DNA of 64,000 nucleotides from a virus (Duplodnaviria; Caudoviricetes): IMG/VR virus record IMGVR_UViG_3300029305_001653, positions 48,223 to 112,222 of that record; one strand, 5' to 3'. Shown piece by piece: positions 19,209 to 30,373 of this stretch (position 1 is its first letter; each line of letters starts with the position of its first letter). The notes under the pieces were generated by a model. It saw only the letters and a program-made list of their open reading frames with translations, ran no database searches and was not told where the DNA came from. The position numbers and the translations under genes were made by a program.

Positions 19209-22200
19209 TTGTCTGACTCTAAATTCAAAAATCTAGGAGATACTGGAATAACTAAGATATTCCAGTTAATGAAAGGTGCTCTAGACTCCATCGAAACTAC
19301 ATTTTATGTAACTGTATCTGAAAGTGGTGGAGTATATACCTCTGATAAATCTGTAGAAGAGATATATAATGCTATAGCTGAAGGTAAGGTAGTAATCTGT
19401 ACTACAACTATAGATAATTTAGAATACCATCTACCGTTAGTTCAAGTATCAGAGGATCGTGCTTTCTTCTCTTCTACAGTAGATAGTGAGTGTACTTGTA
19501 TAGTAATTGATCTTAATGAAGTCTTAGTAGAACAGATGATAGTAGCTACAGAAGATGATTTAAACTTCTACGTTATATTAGATATGGAAAATGGTATGGA
19601 GTCTGAAGAAGGTTATATTATCTGTCCTACTGACAAGACATATGCTCAGGTACTAGATGCTTACAGTGCAGGTAGGTCTATGTATGCTAAAGTTAATTTG
19701 GATGATAATATATACTTAGTACCTCTAGTTTCTAATGAGTCTGGAAATCTTATGTTTATGATATTCACAGGTGCTGAAGTATTAGCTATACAGATACCTA
19801 GTGATACAGATAATATAGCTGCTTTACTGATATTTAGTATCTCAGAGCAGTTAGGCATAGATAAAGTTGAGAATAAATCCTCTGAGGATATACGCAATGA
19901 GATTACTGCAATGAATATCGTGAGTGCTTTAGGATTTGTTCCTGGTCAGTATAATTCAGACTACTTAGATGTCCAAGGTAATCCTGACGGTACTAATAAT
20001 GTTATTAAACATGTTGGAGATATGTACGATGCAGTATTCCATAATACCTTCGTATACTGTAAATATAATGATTTATCTACTGGACGTCTCATAAATTTGT
20101 TCTTATCAAAAGTATTCTATGAGGGTGGACAGTATATATATGTATTTTCTAATGTCGTAGATAAAGAGATATATCGACTATATTACTATCAGGAAGCTAG
20201 TACTGTTCAAGTTTCTCGTACGCCTATCTATGACAATGCTACTACTGATGCTGACGGTCTTATGTCTAAAGAGGATAAAGAGAAGTTAGAGGGTATTACT
20301 CCAGGAGCTAATAAAATTAGTATTAATGTAGGTACTACAACTACAGGAGCTCCTGGTAGTTCTGCTAGTGTAACTAACTCAGGTACTACTACTGACCTTG
20401 TTCTGAACTTTACTATTCCTCAAGGTCCTAAGGGAGATAAAGGTGACCAAGGTATCCAGGGTGTCAAGGGTGATACAGGTACTGCTGCTACTATCTCCGT
20501 AGGGACTGTTACCACAGGTGCAGCAGGTAGCTCTGCTTCAGTGTCTAATGCAGGTACATCTTCTGCAGCTAAATTTGATTTCACTATTCCTAAAGGTGAT
20601 AAAGGTGACAAGGGAGATAAGGGTGACCAAGGTATTCAAGGTGAGAAAGGTGATACTGGCTCACAAGGACCTAAAGGAGATACAGGTACTGCTGCTACTA
20701 TCACTGTTGGGACAGTAACTACTGGCTCTGCTGGTTCCTCAGCTAAGGTAACTAACTCAGGTACATCATTTGCAGCTAAACTTGACTTTACTATTCCTAA
20801 AGGCGATAAAGGTGATAAGGGAGATAAGGGTGATACAGGTTCCCAAGGACCTCAAGGTGATAAAGGTGACAAGGGTGACCAAGGTATTCAAGGACCTACA
20901 GGGTCTCAAGGTCCTAAGGGTGATAAAGGTGATCCTTTCTCAATCTCTAAAGTATATGCTAGCGTATCTGCTATGAATGCTGGATACTCCTCTGACGGAG
21001 TACCTGTAGGTGGATTTGTTATTATCGATACAGGTAATGTAAATAATGCTGATAATGCTAAACTTTATTATAAAGGCTCCTCTTCATATCAGTATCTGAC
21101 AGACTTGTCAGGTGCTCAGGGTATCCAAGGACCTCAAGGTCCTCAAGGTGATCAAGGTCCTCAAGGACCTACAGGAGCAACAGGTGCAACAGGTACTGCT
21201 GCTACTATTACTGTTGAAACAGTGACTACAGGAGCTGCAGGTACTAATGCATCTGTAACTAATTCAGGTAATAGCTCAGCAGTTAAACTTAACTTTACTA
21301 TCCCTAGAGGTGCAACAGGAGCTCAGGGTCCACAAGGTGATACTGGACCACAAGGACCTCAAGGCGATAAGGGTGATAAAGGTGATGCTGGTACTAACGC
21401 TACTATCACAGGTGCTACTGCTACAGTAGATGCTAATGTCGGTACTCCTTCAGTTACAGTCACTCCAGGAGGTACTGCTTCTGCTAGAACTTTCGCTTTT
21501 GCATTCAAGAATTTGAAAGGTGCTAAAGGCGATAAGGGTGATACTGGAGCAACAGGTCCTCAAGGACCTCAAGGTGATAAGGGAGATAAAGGTGATACTG
21601 GAGCAACTGGCACGACTCCTACTATCAAGGTTGCTAACGGAACTAATGTAGGTACCGTAGGTACTCCTAGTGTAACTGCTAGTACTTCAGGTACTACTAC
21701 TACATTTACCTTTGATTACTTGAAAGGTGCTAAAGGTGATAAAGGTGATACTGGTGCAACAGGTGCTACAGGAAGTAGAGGTACTGGTATCCTGAAAGTT
21801 ACAACAGCTCCTTCTAGTTATACTACGGCTATAGGTAGTTATACACCTAAATATCGTATTGCCTTATCAACAGTAAAGAGTCAAAGCGATGTTTCAGAAG
21901 TATTAATAGGTGATATTATTATTTGCTCCTATTATATGTATAAAGTTGACTACCTTGATAGCTCCTATGCTTATATCAGTGAGACAAGAGTCTCCACTAG
22001 AGGATCAACAGGTGCTACAGGATCTGCTGCTACGATTAATGTAGGTACTGTTACTACAGGTGCAGCAGGATCTTCTGCTTCTGTAACTAACTCTGGTTCC
22101 ACTAGTGCTGCTGTATTAGACTTTACTATCCCTAAGGGTGACAAAGGTGATAAAGGTGATAAGGGTGATACAGGAGCTACAGGTACTGCTGCTACTATTT

Positions 22201-23387
22201 CGATAGGTACCGTAACTACAGGAGCTGCAGGAAGTTCTGCTACTGTTTCTAATGCAGGTACATCCTCTGCGGCTAAACTTAACTTTACTATCCCTCAAGG
22301 AGCTAAAGGTGATACAGGAGCTACAGGTACTAGAGGATCTCAGATTTACTCAGGTACAGGTGTAACAGGTACTAGCACTACAGCTACTGTCTTTAGTGGG
22401 TCTGGTGTTAGCTCTGCTTTAGTAAATGATATTTATATCAATACTAGCACATTCAACTATTATCAGTGTACTACAGCAGGTGCAGCTTCTGCTGCTAAGT
22501 GGGTATATAAAGGATGTCTCAAAGGTGCTACAGGTACAGCAGGTACTACTCCGACTATTAAGGCTGCTAGTGGTACTAATATAAGTACCGTAGGCACACC
22601 TTCTGTAACCGCCTCAACTTCAGGCACTACTACTACATTCACCTTTAATTATCTAAAAGGGGCTAAGGGAGATAAAGGTGACAAGGGTGACCAAGGTATT
22701 CAAGGACCTGAAGGTCCACAAGGTCCTGCAGGTACTAACGCTACTACGACAGCTGTTGTATCTACTAGTGCTAATGGTCTAGCTCCTAAGAGAGATGGAA
22801 GCACTACTAAGTTCCTGAGAGGAGATGGCACTTGGGCAGCATTACCTGCAGCTAGTGGTACTGCAGCAGGTATTACTATTGTTTATCCAGCAGCTAGTTG
22901 TACTACATTCTCTAGTGACTCTGGTACTGTAACTCCTCTTGCAGTTCAAAAAGGTGCTAAGATGTTCGCTATTACTAGACCTTCTTCTACTACTAGTAAA
23001 GCTATTACTAGATATAGCAATACAACTGGTGATGTTCAAAATTCTAACATTATCATTGAAGACGTAACAAACACAAGAGATGGTAGTAAGGCACAGGTAA
23101 TTGCAATTCCAGCTTCTGATGGCAAGAAAATGGTCTATGGTTACTGTACTGACCAGATTGACGGTACATCATTTATTGGTGGTGTATTTGACCAATCTGC
23201 TACATCATATCCTTATAATGCTGGTCTTGCCATTGGAGGAACTTCTGGCAATCTTTTATGGAAAGGTGTTAGGATTGACGGTGGTGCAGGCACTGACTAT
23301 ACAACATTCCGTCCTAGAGGTATAGCACTAATGGACGCTGAGCCTGACTCCATATCTAATGGCTGTATCGTAGGTGTTTATGAATAA
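19209..23387 (+). CDS. Collagen-like tail fibre protein
   Basis: Many Gly-X-Y runs (GDKGDK, GPQGPQ) alternating with [19 protein letters not shown]..LxFTIP knob repeats. Confidence 0.85.
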   Translation: MSDSKFKNLGDTGITKIFQLMKGALDSIETTFYVTVSESGGVYTSDKSVEEIYNAIAEGKVVICTTTIDNLEYHLPLVQVSEDRAFFSSTVDSECTCIVIDLNEVLVEQMIVATEDDLNFYVILDMENGMESEEGYIICPTDKTYAQVLDAYSAGRSMYAKVNLDDNIYLVPLVSNESGNLMFMIFTGAEVLAIQIPSDTDNIAALLIFSISEQLGIDKVENKSSEDIRNEITAMNIVSALGFVPGQYNSDYLDVQGNPDGTNNVIKHVGDMYDAVFHNTFVYCKYNDLSTGRLINLFLSKVFYEGGQYIYVFSNVVDKEIYRLYYYQEASTVQVSRTPIYDNATTDADGLMSKEDKEKLEGITPGANKISINVGTTTTGAPGSSASVTNSGTTTDLVLNFTIPQGPKGDKGDQGIQGVKGDTGTAATISVGTVTTGAAGSSASVSNAGTSSAAKFDFTIPKGDKGDKGDKGDQGIQGEKGDTGSQGPKGDTGTAATITVGTVTTGSAGSSAKVTNSGTSFAAKLDFTIPKGDKGDKGDKGDTGSQGPQGDKGDKGDQGIQGPTGSQGPKGDKGDPFSISKVYASVSAMNAGYSSDGVPVGGFVIIDTGNVNNADNAKLYYKGSSSYQYLTDLSGAQGIQGPQGPQGDQGPQGPTGATGATGTAATITVETVTTGAAGTNASVTNSGNSSAVKLNFTIPRGATGAQGPQGDTGPQGPQGDKGDKGDAGTNATITGATATVDANVGTPSVTVTPGGTASARTFAFAFKNLKGAKGDKGDTGATGPQGPQGDKGDKGDTGATGTTPTIKVANGTNVGTVGTPSVTASTSGTTTTFTFDYLKGAKGDKGDTGATGATGSRGTGILKVTTAPSSYTTAIGSYTPKYRIALSTVKSQSDVSEVLIGDIIICSYYMYKVDYLDSSYAYISETRVSTRGSTGATGSAATINVGTVTTGAAGSSASVTNSGSTSAAVLDFTIPKGDKGDKGDKGDTGATGTAATISIGTVTTGAAGSSATVSNAGTSSAAKLNFTIPQGAKGDTGATGTRGSQIYSGTGVTGTSTTATVFSGSGVSSALVNDIYINTSTFNYYQCTTAGAASAAKWVYKGCLKGATGTAGTTPTIKAASGTNISTVGTPSVTASTSGTTTTFTFNYLKGAKGDKGDKGDQGIQGPEGPQGPAGTNATTTAVVSTSANGLAPKRDGSTTKFLRGDGTWAALPAASGTAAGITIVYPAASCTTFSSDSGTVTPLAVQKGAKMFAITRPSSTTSKAITRYSNTTGDVQNSNIIIEDVTNTRDGSKAQVIAIPASDGKKMVYGYCTDQIDGTSFIGGVFDQSATSYPYNAGLAIGGTSGNLLWKGVRIDGGAGTDYTTFRPRGIALMDAEPDSISNGCIVGVYE
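20330..22740 (+). repeat. Coding repeats of collagen GXY and knob modules
   Basis: Recurrent GGTGATAAAGGTGAC/T and ACTTTACTATTCCT-type units; boundaries approximate. Confidence 0.8.
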
Positions 23388-23427
23388 ATAAAGTCATGTC
23401 TAGATAAACAAAGGAGGTAATCAAGGT

Positions 23428-25299
23428 ATGGCTGAAATGATTGATGCTCTAGATAACATAAAGGTTATTAGTGCTACACTCCCAAAAGGTCGTATGAAAG
23501 GTGATGTTGACGGCGACGGAGTCATCGCAGAAAATGATTATAAGTTGATTCTGCAAGCAATATCTGGCACAACATCTCTTGATGATATACAAAACTGGTG
23601 TGGTGATGTCGATAATAGTGGCAAGGCAGATAGTAGTGACTCTGTACTACTAATGAACGTCGTAGCTGGGAGAGAGACTGTTCTGACATCTGTTCCAACT
23701 ATGGCTGATTATTATGGTAATTGGACATGGGTTAAAATAGATGACTTAAGTGGATATTTCTATTACGATATCCCTGTTGCGACAGCGACTATAGGTTCAA
23801 CAGCAGCATTAGCAACATCAGATGATGCAGATATGTTTATTGACTTTGAGTGTAGAGATGGCTCTATAAGAGTATATGCTAAAAGATTACCTCTTGAATC
23901 CACTGAGATTTCCATCTCAGTGGATTCAGAGCCTACTAATAAGACCTCTACACTAATAGGTAATCAATATTCTAACAATAGAGTATACAGAGGTATTAGA
24001 CATTACGATCATCTCCCTATAACTAGTGAAGATATCCACGAATATGCAGATACAGTTTATATGAAAACAGCTTATATCATGAATAACATATTAGGCTGTG
24101 GTATCTTAAATACTCCTTCTATCACTACATCAGGTGATGGTATCAGTCTCAGTGAACCTGCTGTATTGCTCGTAAATGGTGATGTATCTTTGATACAGTC
24201 TGATGATAATACTCCTCTCGTATCTAAGTCTGCTATTGCTACTGCTAATCACTCCTCAGGTACTGTATGTATTGTAGGATGGTATCAGCATCTATTAGCT
24301 ACTAGTAAAATGAGAAATTATGGAGGGGTCTATAACTCGATAATCCCTAATACTCTCTTAGATAATGAACTCAATATACAACTATCTACTAGATATCAAT
24401 TTAGATGGATGCCTGTACTAATAGCTACAGAGTCTATATCTAGTGATACTATAACCTTTGATATAGAAAGTCTTAGAGAAGATGGTAGTAGTACAGGAGA
24501 TGTACATACTATAATAGCTAAGAAAGATGAAAGTATCTTTAAAGCTTCTGCTCCTTCTTCTATGACGTATTCCCTGTCAGGACTCTATGTAATACCTCTA
24601 CTGAAGTATTCATATTCTAGTAGTTCAGGTACTATTACAGGTACTTCTCCTTACTTACCTGTGAAACCTAAAGGAGGATCCTCAGGTTTCATTAAAAGTG
24701 ACTCCGAGCCTATAGGAGATTATGCTGAAGGTACTACATGGTATAATCCATTAACTAGAGAGTTCAAGACTTACGTAGAAGGTGTAGGATTCGTTGATAG
24801 TGCCTCTACTATGGGATTCTTACAATATCAGTCTGTATATACTGTACCTAATACAATTTATGAAGAACAAGATATTGTTGTCCCCATTGAGATAAGTGAA
24901 CTACAAGAAGGAGATATCTTACAAGTAGTTTATGAAGGACTAGTATTGTCCTTAGGAGAACACTATACAGTAGATTATAGGAATAATACAGTAAAGTTAT
25001 TAGGATTTACTGTGAATGCAGGAGAGAAGATAACCTTCACAGCGACTAAGATAGTAGAAGCTAGTGACATTACAAATGTCACTCTCACATTCACTAGTCA
25101 TATGGCTACTACGAGCTCTAGTACTGTAGAGGGACATGTTAAATTATCCGACTATGCTGACGACTTATTGACTGTAGATGATGGAGTTGCTGCAACTCCA
25201 AAAGCGGTCTATCAGTCTCGATTAATCAAAGATAATACTAATAATATAAATTATAAATTTGGGGTAGAGAATGGATTACTCTATCTAGAGGAGGTGTAG
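23428..25299 (+). CDS. Tail fibre-associated protein with N-terminal type I dockerin domain
   Basis: GDVDGDGVIAENDYKLILQAISG...GDVDNSGKADSSDSVLL duplicated F-hand; C-terminal GHVKLSD..AATPKAV fibre repeat. Confidence 0.75.
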   Translation: MAEMIDALDNIKVISATLPKGRMKGDVDGDGVIAENDYKLILQAISGTTSLDDIQNWCGDVDNSGKADSSDSVLLMNVVAGRETVLTSVPTMADYYGNWTWVKIDDLSGYFYYDIPVATATIGSTAALATSDDADMFIDFECRDGSIRVYAKRLPLESTEISISVDSEPTNKTSTLIGNQYSNNRVYRGIRHYDHLPITSEDIHEYADTVYMKTAYIMNNILGCGILNTPSITTSGDGISLSEPAVLLVNGDVSLIQSDDNTPLVSKSAIATANHSSGTVCIVGWYQHLLATSKMRNYGGVYNSIIPNTLLDNELNIQLSTRYQFRWMPVLIATESISSDTITFDIESLREDGSSTGDVHTIIAKKDESIFKASAPSSMTYSLSGLYVIPLLKYSYSSSSGTITGTSPYLPVKPKGGSSGFIKSDSEPIGDYAEGTTWYNPLTREFKTYVEGVGFVDSASTMGFLQYQSVYTVPNTIYEEQDIVVPIEISELQEGDILQVVYEGLVLSLGEHYTVDYRNNTVKLLGFTVNAGEKITFTATKIVEASDITNVTLTFTSHMATTSSSTVEGHVKLSDYADDLLTVDDGVAATPKAVYQSRLIKDNTNNINYKFGVENGLLYLEEV

Positions 25300-25300
25300 T

Positions 25301-25915
25301 ATGGCTACAGGAGATAAGTTATATCTAGCAGATAAACCTACATTAGATAATATTAAGACAGATACTAGTGCTATCAAGAATACATTGACTGTTATCTCTG
25401 ATAAGATAGACGATGTAGAAGCTAATAGTAAGTCTAATGAGTACTATAAGCCTACAGATGTTCGTGATAATAAATTCAAGGTAGGACAGCTCTCTGTAAC
25501 TAATGTTACTACACCACAATTGAATATAACAGGGTCAGGAATATTCTATGGTTTTGTCTATAATAGTACTTACTACCTTACAGGAAACTCCTCTATAGAT
25601 TATATCACTATCAATATAGATAATGTAAGAGTATATTATTCTGCCCTAGCTCATACTGAAAGAAGTGTCTACGGTATGATAACTCCTCAGATACCTTTAT
25701 TCGGACAAAATCCTTCTGCAATGATCCCATATAGTATTCCATTGAGTCTGTACAACAAGAGCTTAGCTACTGATACGCAGAATGCAAGTAATAACTTAGT
25801 ATACTTGCCTAAACCTATAAGATTCGAGAGTAATTTACAGATCACAGGCTATACCTCTAATATGACTAATATAGTACAGCAAGGTTTCTTGTATTACTAT
25901 TATGAATTAGATTAA
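25301..25915 (+). CDS. Putative tail fibre-associated protein
   Basis: GAGGAGG RBS; coupled to previous gene; beta-rich C-terminus. Confidence 0.55.
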   Translation: MATGDKLYLADKPTLDNIKTDTSAIKNTLTVISDKIDDVEANSKSNEYYKPTDVRDNKFKVGQLSVTNVTTPQLNITGSGIFYGFVYNSTYYLTGNSSIDYITINIDNVRVYYSALAHTERSVYGMITPQIPLFGQNPSAMIPYSIPLSLYNKSLATDTQNASNNLVYLPKPIRFESNLQITGYTSNMTNIVQQGFLYYYYELD

Positions 25916-25932
25916 ATGAGGAGGTAATACAG

Positions 25933-26535
25933 ATGAGTAGACCTAACTTATTAAAGATATTCAATGAGACTACTGAGTCTACAGCCTATAGTAGGCTGAA
26001 TAATCCTGTAGATGTGACTAAATCAGGAAGCTCTCTTATAGTATCCAAGACTATAACTGTGCACAATAATTCTTTCTTAACATTTAGAGCTCCATGTTCC
26101 TGTCAAGGAATATTGAGTATAACTATTAATAAGGTAGTATACAACCTCATAGATTCCGCAGGTAATACTCTAGAAGGTACGCAGTCCTTCATTGAAAATG
26201 CTCTAGTCTCTGTAATAATAGATACTACTAATAAAAAAGCTTATATACTGAACTCTGCTTCAGTATTAGATTTAGACTCTTTACTAGAATTAACTCCTGA
26301 CTCTATCGTAACAACAGACTCTGATGGTAGTCTATCTACAAGTACTGCTAGCATTGTTAGACGTAAATTAGGACTAGGAGAGTCTACAGGTGCATTAAGT
26401 ACAGAGTATGGAGGTACAGGTGTAGGGAGTATGGTAGGAGATGACTACAACGTAAATCGCCCTAGAGGTATAATACTACAGGATAGAGAACCTAACTCTG
26501 TATCTAATGGATGCATTGTTGGAGTTTATGAATAA
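25933..26535 (+). CDS. Short tail fibre-like protein
   Basis: GALSTEYGGTG fibre repeat; C-terminus [18 protein letters not shown] shared with the 19209 fibre. Confidence 0.6.
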   Translation: MSRPNLLKIFNETTESTAYSRLNNPVDVTKSGSSLIVSKTITVHNNSFLTFRAPCSCQGILSITINKVVYNLIDSAGNTLEGTQSFIENALVSVIIDTTNKKAYILNSASVLDLDSLLELTPDSIVTTDSDGSLSTSTASIVRRKLGLGESTGALSTEYGGTGVGSMVGDDYNVNRPRGIILQDREPNSVSNGCIVGVYE

Positions 26536-26554
26536 TTATGAGGAGGTATGACAA

Positions 26555-26953
26555 ATGAGCAATCGTTATCAGGTCAAAGTAGGAGAATTTTTATTTGAGG
26601 CTTTGAAACAGCCTATGGCTACTAAGAGAGTTTTTAGAGGAGAGAATAGAGATACACTTCTCCTTGTATTCCATAAGGACGTATTCGGAGATAATAATCC
26701 TTCAGATATTTTTGTAGATGACTGTGCATTCTCGATTATTGAGACTGTAGAACTCATGAACGTATCTGGTCTCCCTTCTAGAGAATATGAAGATAGAGAA
26801 TATTCTAAAGAATTATTCTGTGTTGCTGGAGATATTACAGATCACAGAGATGGAACTCTCTCTATCCTTATGGGTAAGAAGACAGATAGAGAATTATTAG
26901 AAGAAGAAAATGCCGTTCTGTTATTTGAAAATCTGACTGGAGAGGATTTCTAA
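26555..26953 (+). CDS. Hypothetical tail assembly protein
   Basis: GAGGAGG RBS; short C-terminal coiled coil; overlaps next start. Confidence 0.5.
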   Translation: MSNRYQVKVGEFLFEALKQPMATKRVFRGENRDTLLLVFHKDVFGDNNPSDIFVDDCAFSIIETVELMNVSGLPSREYEDREYSKELFCVAGDITDHRDGTLSILMGKKTDRELLEEENAVLLFENLTGEDF

Positions 26954-28878
26954 TGCCTGTATATACAAGTATTGATGGTGTAAAAAGACAACTTACTGCC
27001 TTCTACGAATCTGTAGGAGGCACTAAGGTAGAGACTATCACTAAGTATGCAGGTCATGAAGGTGAGAAACGTATTATCTTCTCTAAAGCAGGTGCAGGTT
27101 ATATAAAGTTCATGATAGCTACTACTGATGGTATCTATTATACATTAGATAGGATCAACTGGGTAAAACTTATATCAGACACTATTACAGAGGCTTATAT
27201 AGATGGTATACAACTTAGTACAGGAGAGAAAAAGTGGGCTGTAGTTACATATGAATATTATTCAGTTCCAGGCATGTCTCTCTCTGCTTATCGTATTAAA
27301 GTATATCTGATTGACGAGTTAAATAATGATACTCCTGTAATCACTACTCTTCACGAGAGTGAGTTGAACTCTTATAAGTTATACTCGAATATATTTATGA
27401 CGGAGAACTGCATTTGGACTGTTAATGAGAATGACGGTAACCTCACAGCTTTCAAGTATGACGGAACTTCTTTTGCAGTTACTCCTAAAGATACTAGTAA
27501 TAATACTATAACAGATGCTACTATTGTAGATTTCTCTAGCAAAGCGTATCTGTTACAGTGGATAAATGGAGATACATCAGAAGATTCTACAGCAGGATTC
27601 ATCATTTACTCATATCCTACAGAAGCAGCAGGTACTAGTGTATCTTCTTTATTAGCTTCAGGTCCTAAGAATCTTAATAATGTTACATCAGTATATAGTC
27701 TAGACGGAACATCTTTAACATCAAGTGACTGGACATATACTCTTAGCTCAGGTACTGTAGGACCTTCAGGTATAAAAGGAGAGACTGTAGGAGGAGCTAT
27801 TGAGTATCCTTCAGCAAAATTTAAGTATTTCAATGGTAGACTATATAATATCATATATGCAGATATAGGTGTTAATAAGTCTTCTAGTAAGTATGCTTAT
27901 CAGCTTTATGGGGTGATGGAGATCTCTTATGAAAATGATACACTAACTACTAGAGTTTTCATAGAACCTAACAAAACTACTTCTTATACAAATTATAGAG
28001 TTAAATCTCTTATAGATGTAAATGAGTCAGGTATTTTCTATACTAGAAACGATGGTAATCTCTACTATAAACCTTCTATGGACTCTGCGGAGGTACAACT
28101 AAGTTGGGGATTTACTCCTTCTTTCCTAGAGACTTCTATAGATAATTCTGCTATTGCAATCACTCCTCCTGATTCTTATGTACCGGATAATGACTCCTTG
28201 TCTGAGAATACAGTATGGACAGGTAGTGACATCTCTACATTTGTAACAGGTACTATAAATAACTTGAGTGCTTCTCATCTCTCTGTCTTTGGATCAGTTG
28301 GAGCTAACGCATTCTTAAATCTCGCTAATGGTACAGAGATATTAGTCAACGAATCTGGTACTTATGTTCCTTATATAAAGGTATCTTCTAATAGACTCAT
28401 AAGAAAGTATCTGCCTAATTATACTTCTAAAGCTTATGTATATATCGAAGGGTCTACACTAAGAGGTTCAGACTATCTAGAGTCTAAGCATATAAGAACT
28501 CGTATGTCTAGCTATATACTTTCTATAGCAAAGGGTGAAGCAGCTACAGAATCTAATATTAACTCATATGCTAATATCCTAGGTAGTAGAGTAGCTTATG
28601 TAGAAGGGACTACTACTGCAGGAGAGTATTGGTTAAGCGAGACATACAATCCTGGAGGAGAATTTAACACAGATTTTTATGATCCTATTGTTGTTTATTA
28701 CGTAACTACATCCGGGTCTATTGGCGAAGCTTCAGGAGATGTCACTCCTACTCATGGTAATACTGATTATCCTGTAGATGTATCTGCTAAATATATAAGA
28801 CCTATACTCGAATTAACTAGTCCTGCTGTCATTATGGAAGAAAATGCAGATGGGACTATAAAGTTTAAGGGGGACTGA
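26953..28878 (+). CDS. Putative receptor-binding protein with C-terminal DUF6273-like domain
   Basis: N-terminal YTSIDGVKR..YESVGG..YAGHEGEKR repeats; C-terminal LANGTEILVNESG..YWLS..VYYV..IRPILEL. Confidence 0.55.
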   Translation: MPVYTSIDGVKRQLTAFYESVGGTKVETITKYAGHEGEKRIIFSKAGAGYIKFMIATTDGIYYTLDRINWVKLISDTITEAYIDGIQLSTGEKKWAVVTYEYYSVPGMSLSAYRIKVYLIDELNNDTPVITTLHESELNSYKLYSNIFMTENCIWTVNENDGNLTAFKYDGTSFAVTPKDTSNNTITDATIVDFSSKAYLLQWINGDTSEDSTAGFIIYSYPTEAAGTSVSSLLASGPKNLNNVTSVYSLDGTSLTSSDWTYTLSSGTVGPSGIKGETVGGAIEYPSAKFKYFNGRLYNIIYADIGVNKSSSKYAYQLYGVMEISYENDTLTTRVFIEPNKTTSYTNYRVKSLIDVNESGIFYTRNDGNLYYKPSMDSAEVQLSWGFTPSFLETSIDNSAIAITPPDSYVPDNDSLSENTVWTGSDISTFVTGTINNLSASHLSVFGSVGANAFLNLANGTEILVNESGTYVPYIKVSSNRLIRKYLPNYTSKAYVYIEGSTLRGSDYLESKHIRTRMSSYILSIAKGEAATESNINSYANILGSRVAYVEGTTTAGEYWLSETYNPGGEFNTDFYDPIVVYYVTTSGSIGEASGDVTPTHGNTDYPVDVSAKYIRPILELTSPAVIMEENADGTIKFKGD

Positions 28879-28882
28879 TGAT

Positions 28883-29560
28883 ATGGATATCTACGTAAAT
28901 CATTTCAGTAGTGTGAAGGATGGTCTAAAATTCCTGGAGGGTCTGAGAGTATCTCCTGAGGTTTATGATGTACATATTACATTAGTCAAAGCGAATACTC
29001 CTCTAGCTGTATCTTTGAGTGGGAATTTCTTAGATGAGAATCTCAACTGGGAATATGTAGAGTCTCAAGGATATGTAATAGAGAAGGATTCTCACTCTTT
29101 CGGAGAGTATAGTGCATTCCTATCAGTACCTGAAAATTCCTTTACTATTACTATCCCTACAAACACTCCAGAGCAGTTCTCCATACCTTATGTAGAAGCT
29201 ATGTTTGAGAGACTTTATGGTTGTAAGAAGCCTAGTTATCGTAAGAAGACTAATGATTTCATGGTAGAGAGTAAGAAAGTCCTAGGACGTGCATTCTTCC
29301 GTGAAGGTGAACTCTATCATGCTATAGGTACATTAGACTCTATCCCTGTAGAATTAGATAAGATATTCACAGATAAATGGTTAGAGAATAGTGGAAAGAT
29401 TCCACCTTCTGAACGTGTAATTGGTTACCGTGAAGCTACTAATCAACCTGAAGCTACTATAGAGACTTTCGCTGAAGATCTCAAGTTCCGTATTAATGAG
29501 CAGTTAAAGAATACTGTACAGAATATATACCACATTGATGCAGATAAGGAGAGTGAATAA
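28883..29560 (+). CDS. Hypothetical protein
   Basis: Intact 225-aa ORF in operon; no motif recognised. Confidence 0.6.
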   Translation: MDIYVNHFSSVKDGLKFLEGLRVSPEVYDVHITLVKANTPLAVSLSGNFLDENLNWEYVESQGYVIEKDSHSFGEYSAFLSVPENSFTITIPTNTPEQFSIPYVEAMFERLYGCKKPSYRKKTNDFMVESKKVLGRAFFREGELYHAIGTLDSIPVELDKIFTDKWLENSGKIPPSERVIGYREATNQPEATIETFAEDLKFRINEQLKNTVQNIYHIDADKESE

Positions 29561-29562
29561 TC

Positions 29563-29694
29563 ATGTTTGAAAAGATTAAGAAGTATTACATCAAGGGTCT
29601 TTACAAGGATTCACATTTAAAAGTTCTCGTAGCTAAGGAAGCAATCACTCCAGAACAGTATACTGAGATTACTGGAAAGCCTTACGAGAAGTAA
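29563..29694 (+). CDS. XkdX-family small protein (not in ORF track)
   Basis: Read manually: MFEKIKKYYIKGLYKDSHLKVLVAKEAITPEQYTEITGKPYEK; AAGGAG RBS; ITxEQYxEITG motif. Confidence 0.8.
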   Translation: MFEKIKKYYIKGLYKDSHLKVLVAKEAITPEQYTEITGKPYEK

Positions 29695-29759
29695 TCTGTA
29701 TTTAGTACCTATAAGGTATTAGATAAATAATTAAATTTATATTATAGGAGGAAGAAATT

Positions 29760-30074
29760 ATGGCTAATGTATTTATGGAAAACCTTAAGGGTATCGTTGA
29801 GACATCCTATGCAGGTGAAGAAAAACCGAAGTATGACTGGCAGACTTCTATCGATATGTTTATCAACGAAAATCGTATCACTGTAGGTATGAATCCTGCA
29901 GAGATCGAGGCTCAGAGAACTGAATTCCTCGAGTATGTAGCTGCACGTCAGTTTGATAAGGAAGGTAATGATATCACTAAGCCTGCTCCTGGTATCGGTG
30001 AAATCCCGCAGGGAGATATGTATCTTGTTAACGGAAAGTACATCAAGATCACTGGAGATATGATTAAGGACTAA
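29760..30074 (+). CDS. Hypothetical protein
   Basis: GGAGG RBS; intact ORF. Confidence 0.6.
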   Translation: MANVFMENLKGIVETSYAGEEKPKYDWQTSIDMFINENRITVGMNPAEIEAQRTEFLEYVAARQFDKEGNDITKPAPGIGEIPQGDMYLVNGKYIKITGDMIKD

Positions 30075-30118
30075 GATATCTTAGTCCTTATCTATACTAT
30101 CTAAGGAGAGATGAGCTC

Positions 30119-30373
30119 ATGAAGATTAAAACTGAGACTATTGTGAGATTAGTTATATTATTCATTGCTCTCGTAAACCAAGTACTCACATCAATGGGTA
30201 TGAGTCCATTACCTTTTGAAGATGAAACTGTAACGGAGCTAGTTAGTATTACAGTCACTGTAGCAGCTTCTGCGTGGGCTTGGTGGAAGAATAATTCCTT
30301 TACTAAGGAAGCTATTGCAGCAGATGAATACTTAACTACTCTCAAGAAAGAGGGTAGTGTAAAGAATGGCTAA
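30119..30373 (+). CDS. Holin, SPP1 family
   Basis: TIVRLVILFIALVNQ..SPLP..WAWWKNNSFTKEA; precedes endolysin. Confidence 0.92.
   Translation: MKIKTETIVRLVILFIALVNQVLTSMGMSPLPFEDETVTELVSITVTVAASAWAWWKNNSFTKEAIAADEYLTTLKKEGSVKNG

Noticed and set aside
20330-22740. Dense short repeats as a CRISPR array or satellite
   Set aside because: They are in-frame, degenerate at third positions and encode collagen GXY/knob modules; there is no constant repeat with unique spacers.
26953-28878. Diversity-generating retroelement targeting the DUF6273-like protein
   Set aside because: No reverse transcriptase and no template/variable repeat pair differing at adenines was seen in this window.
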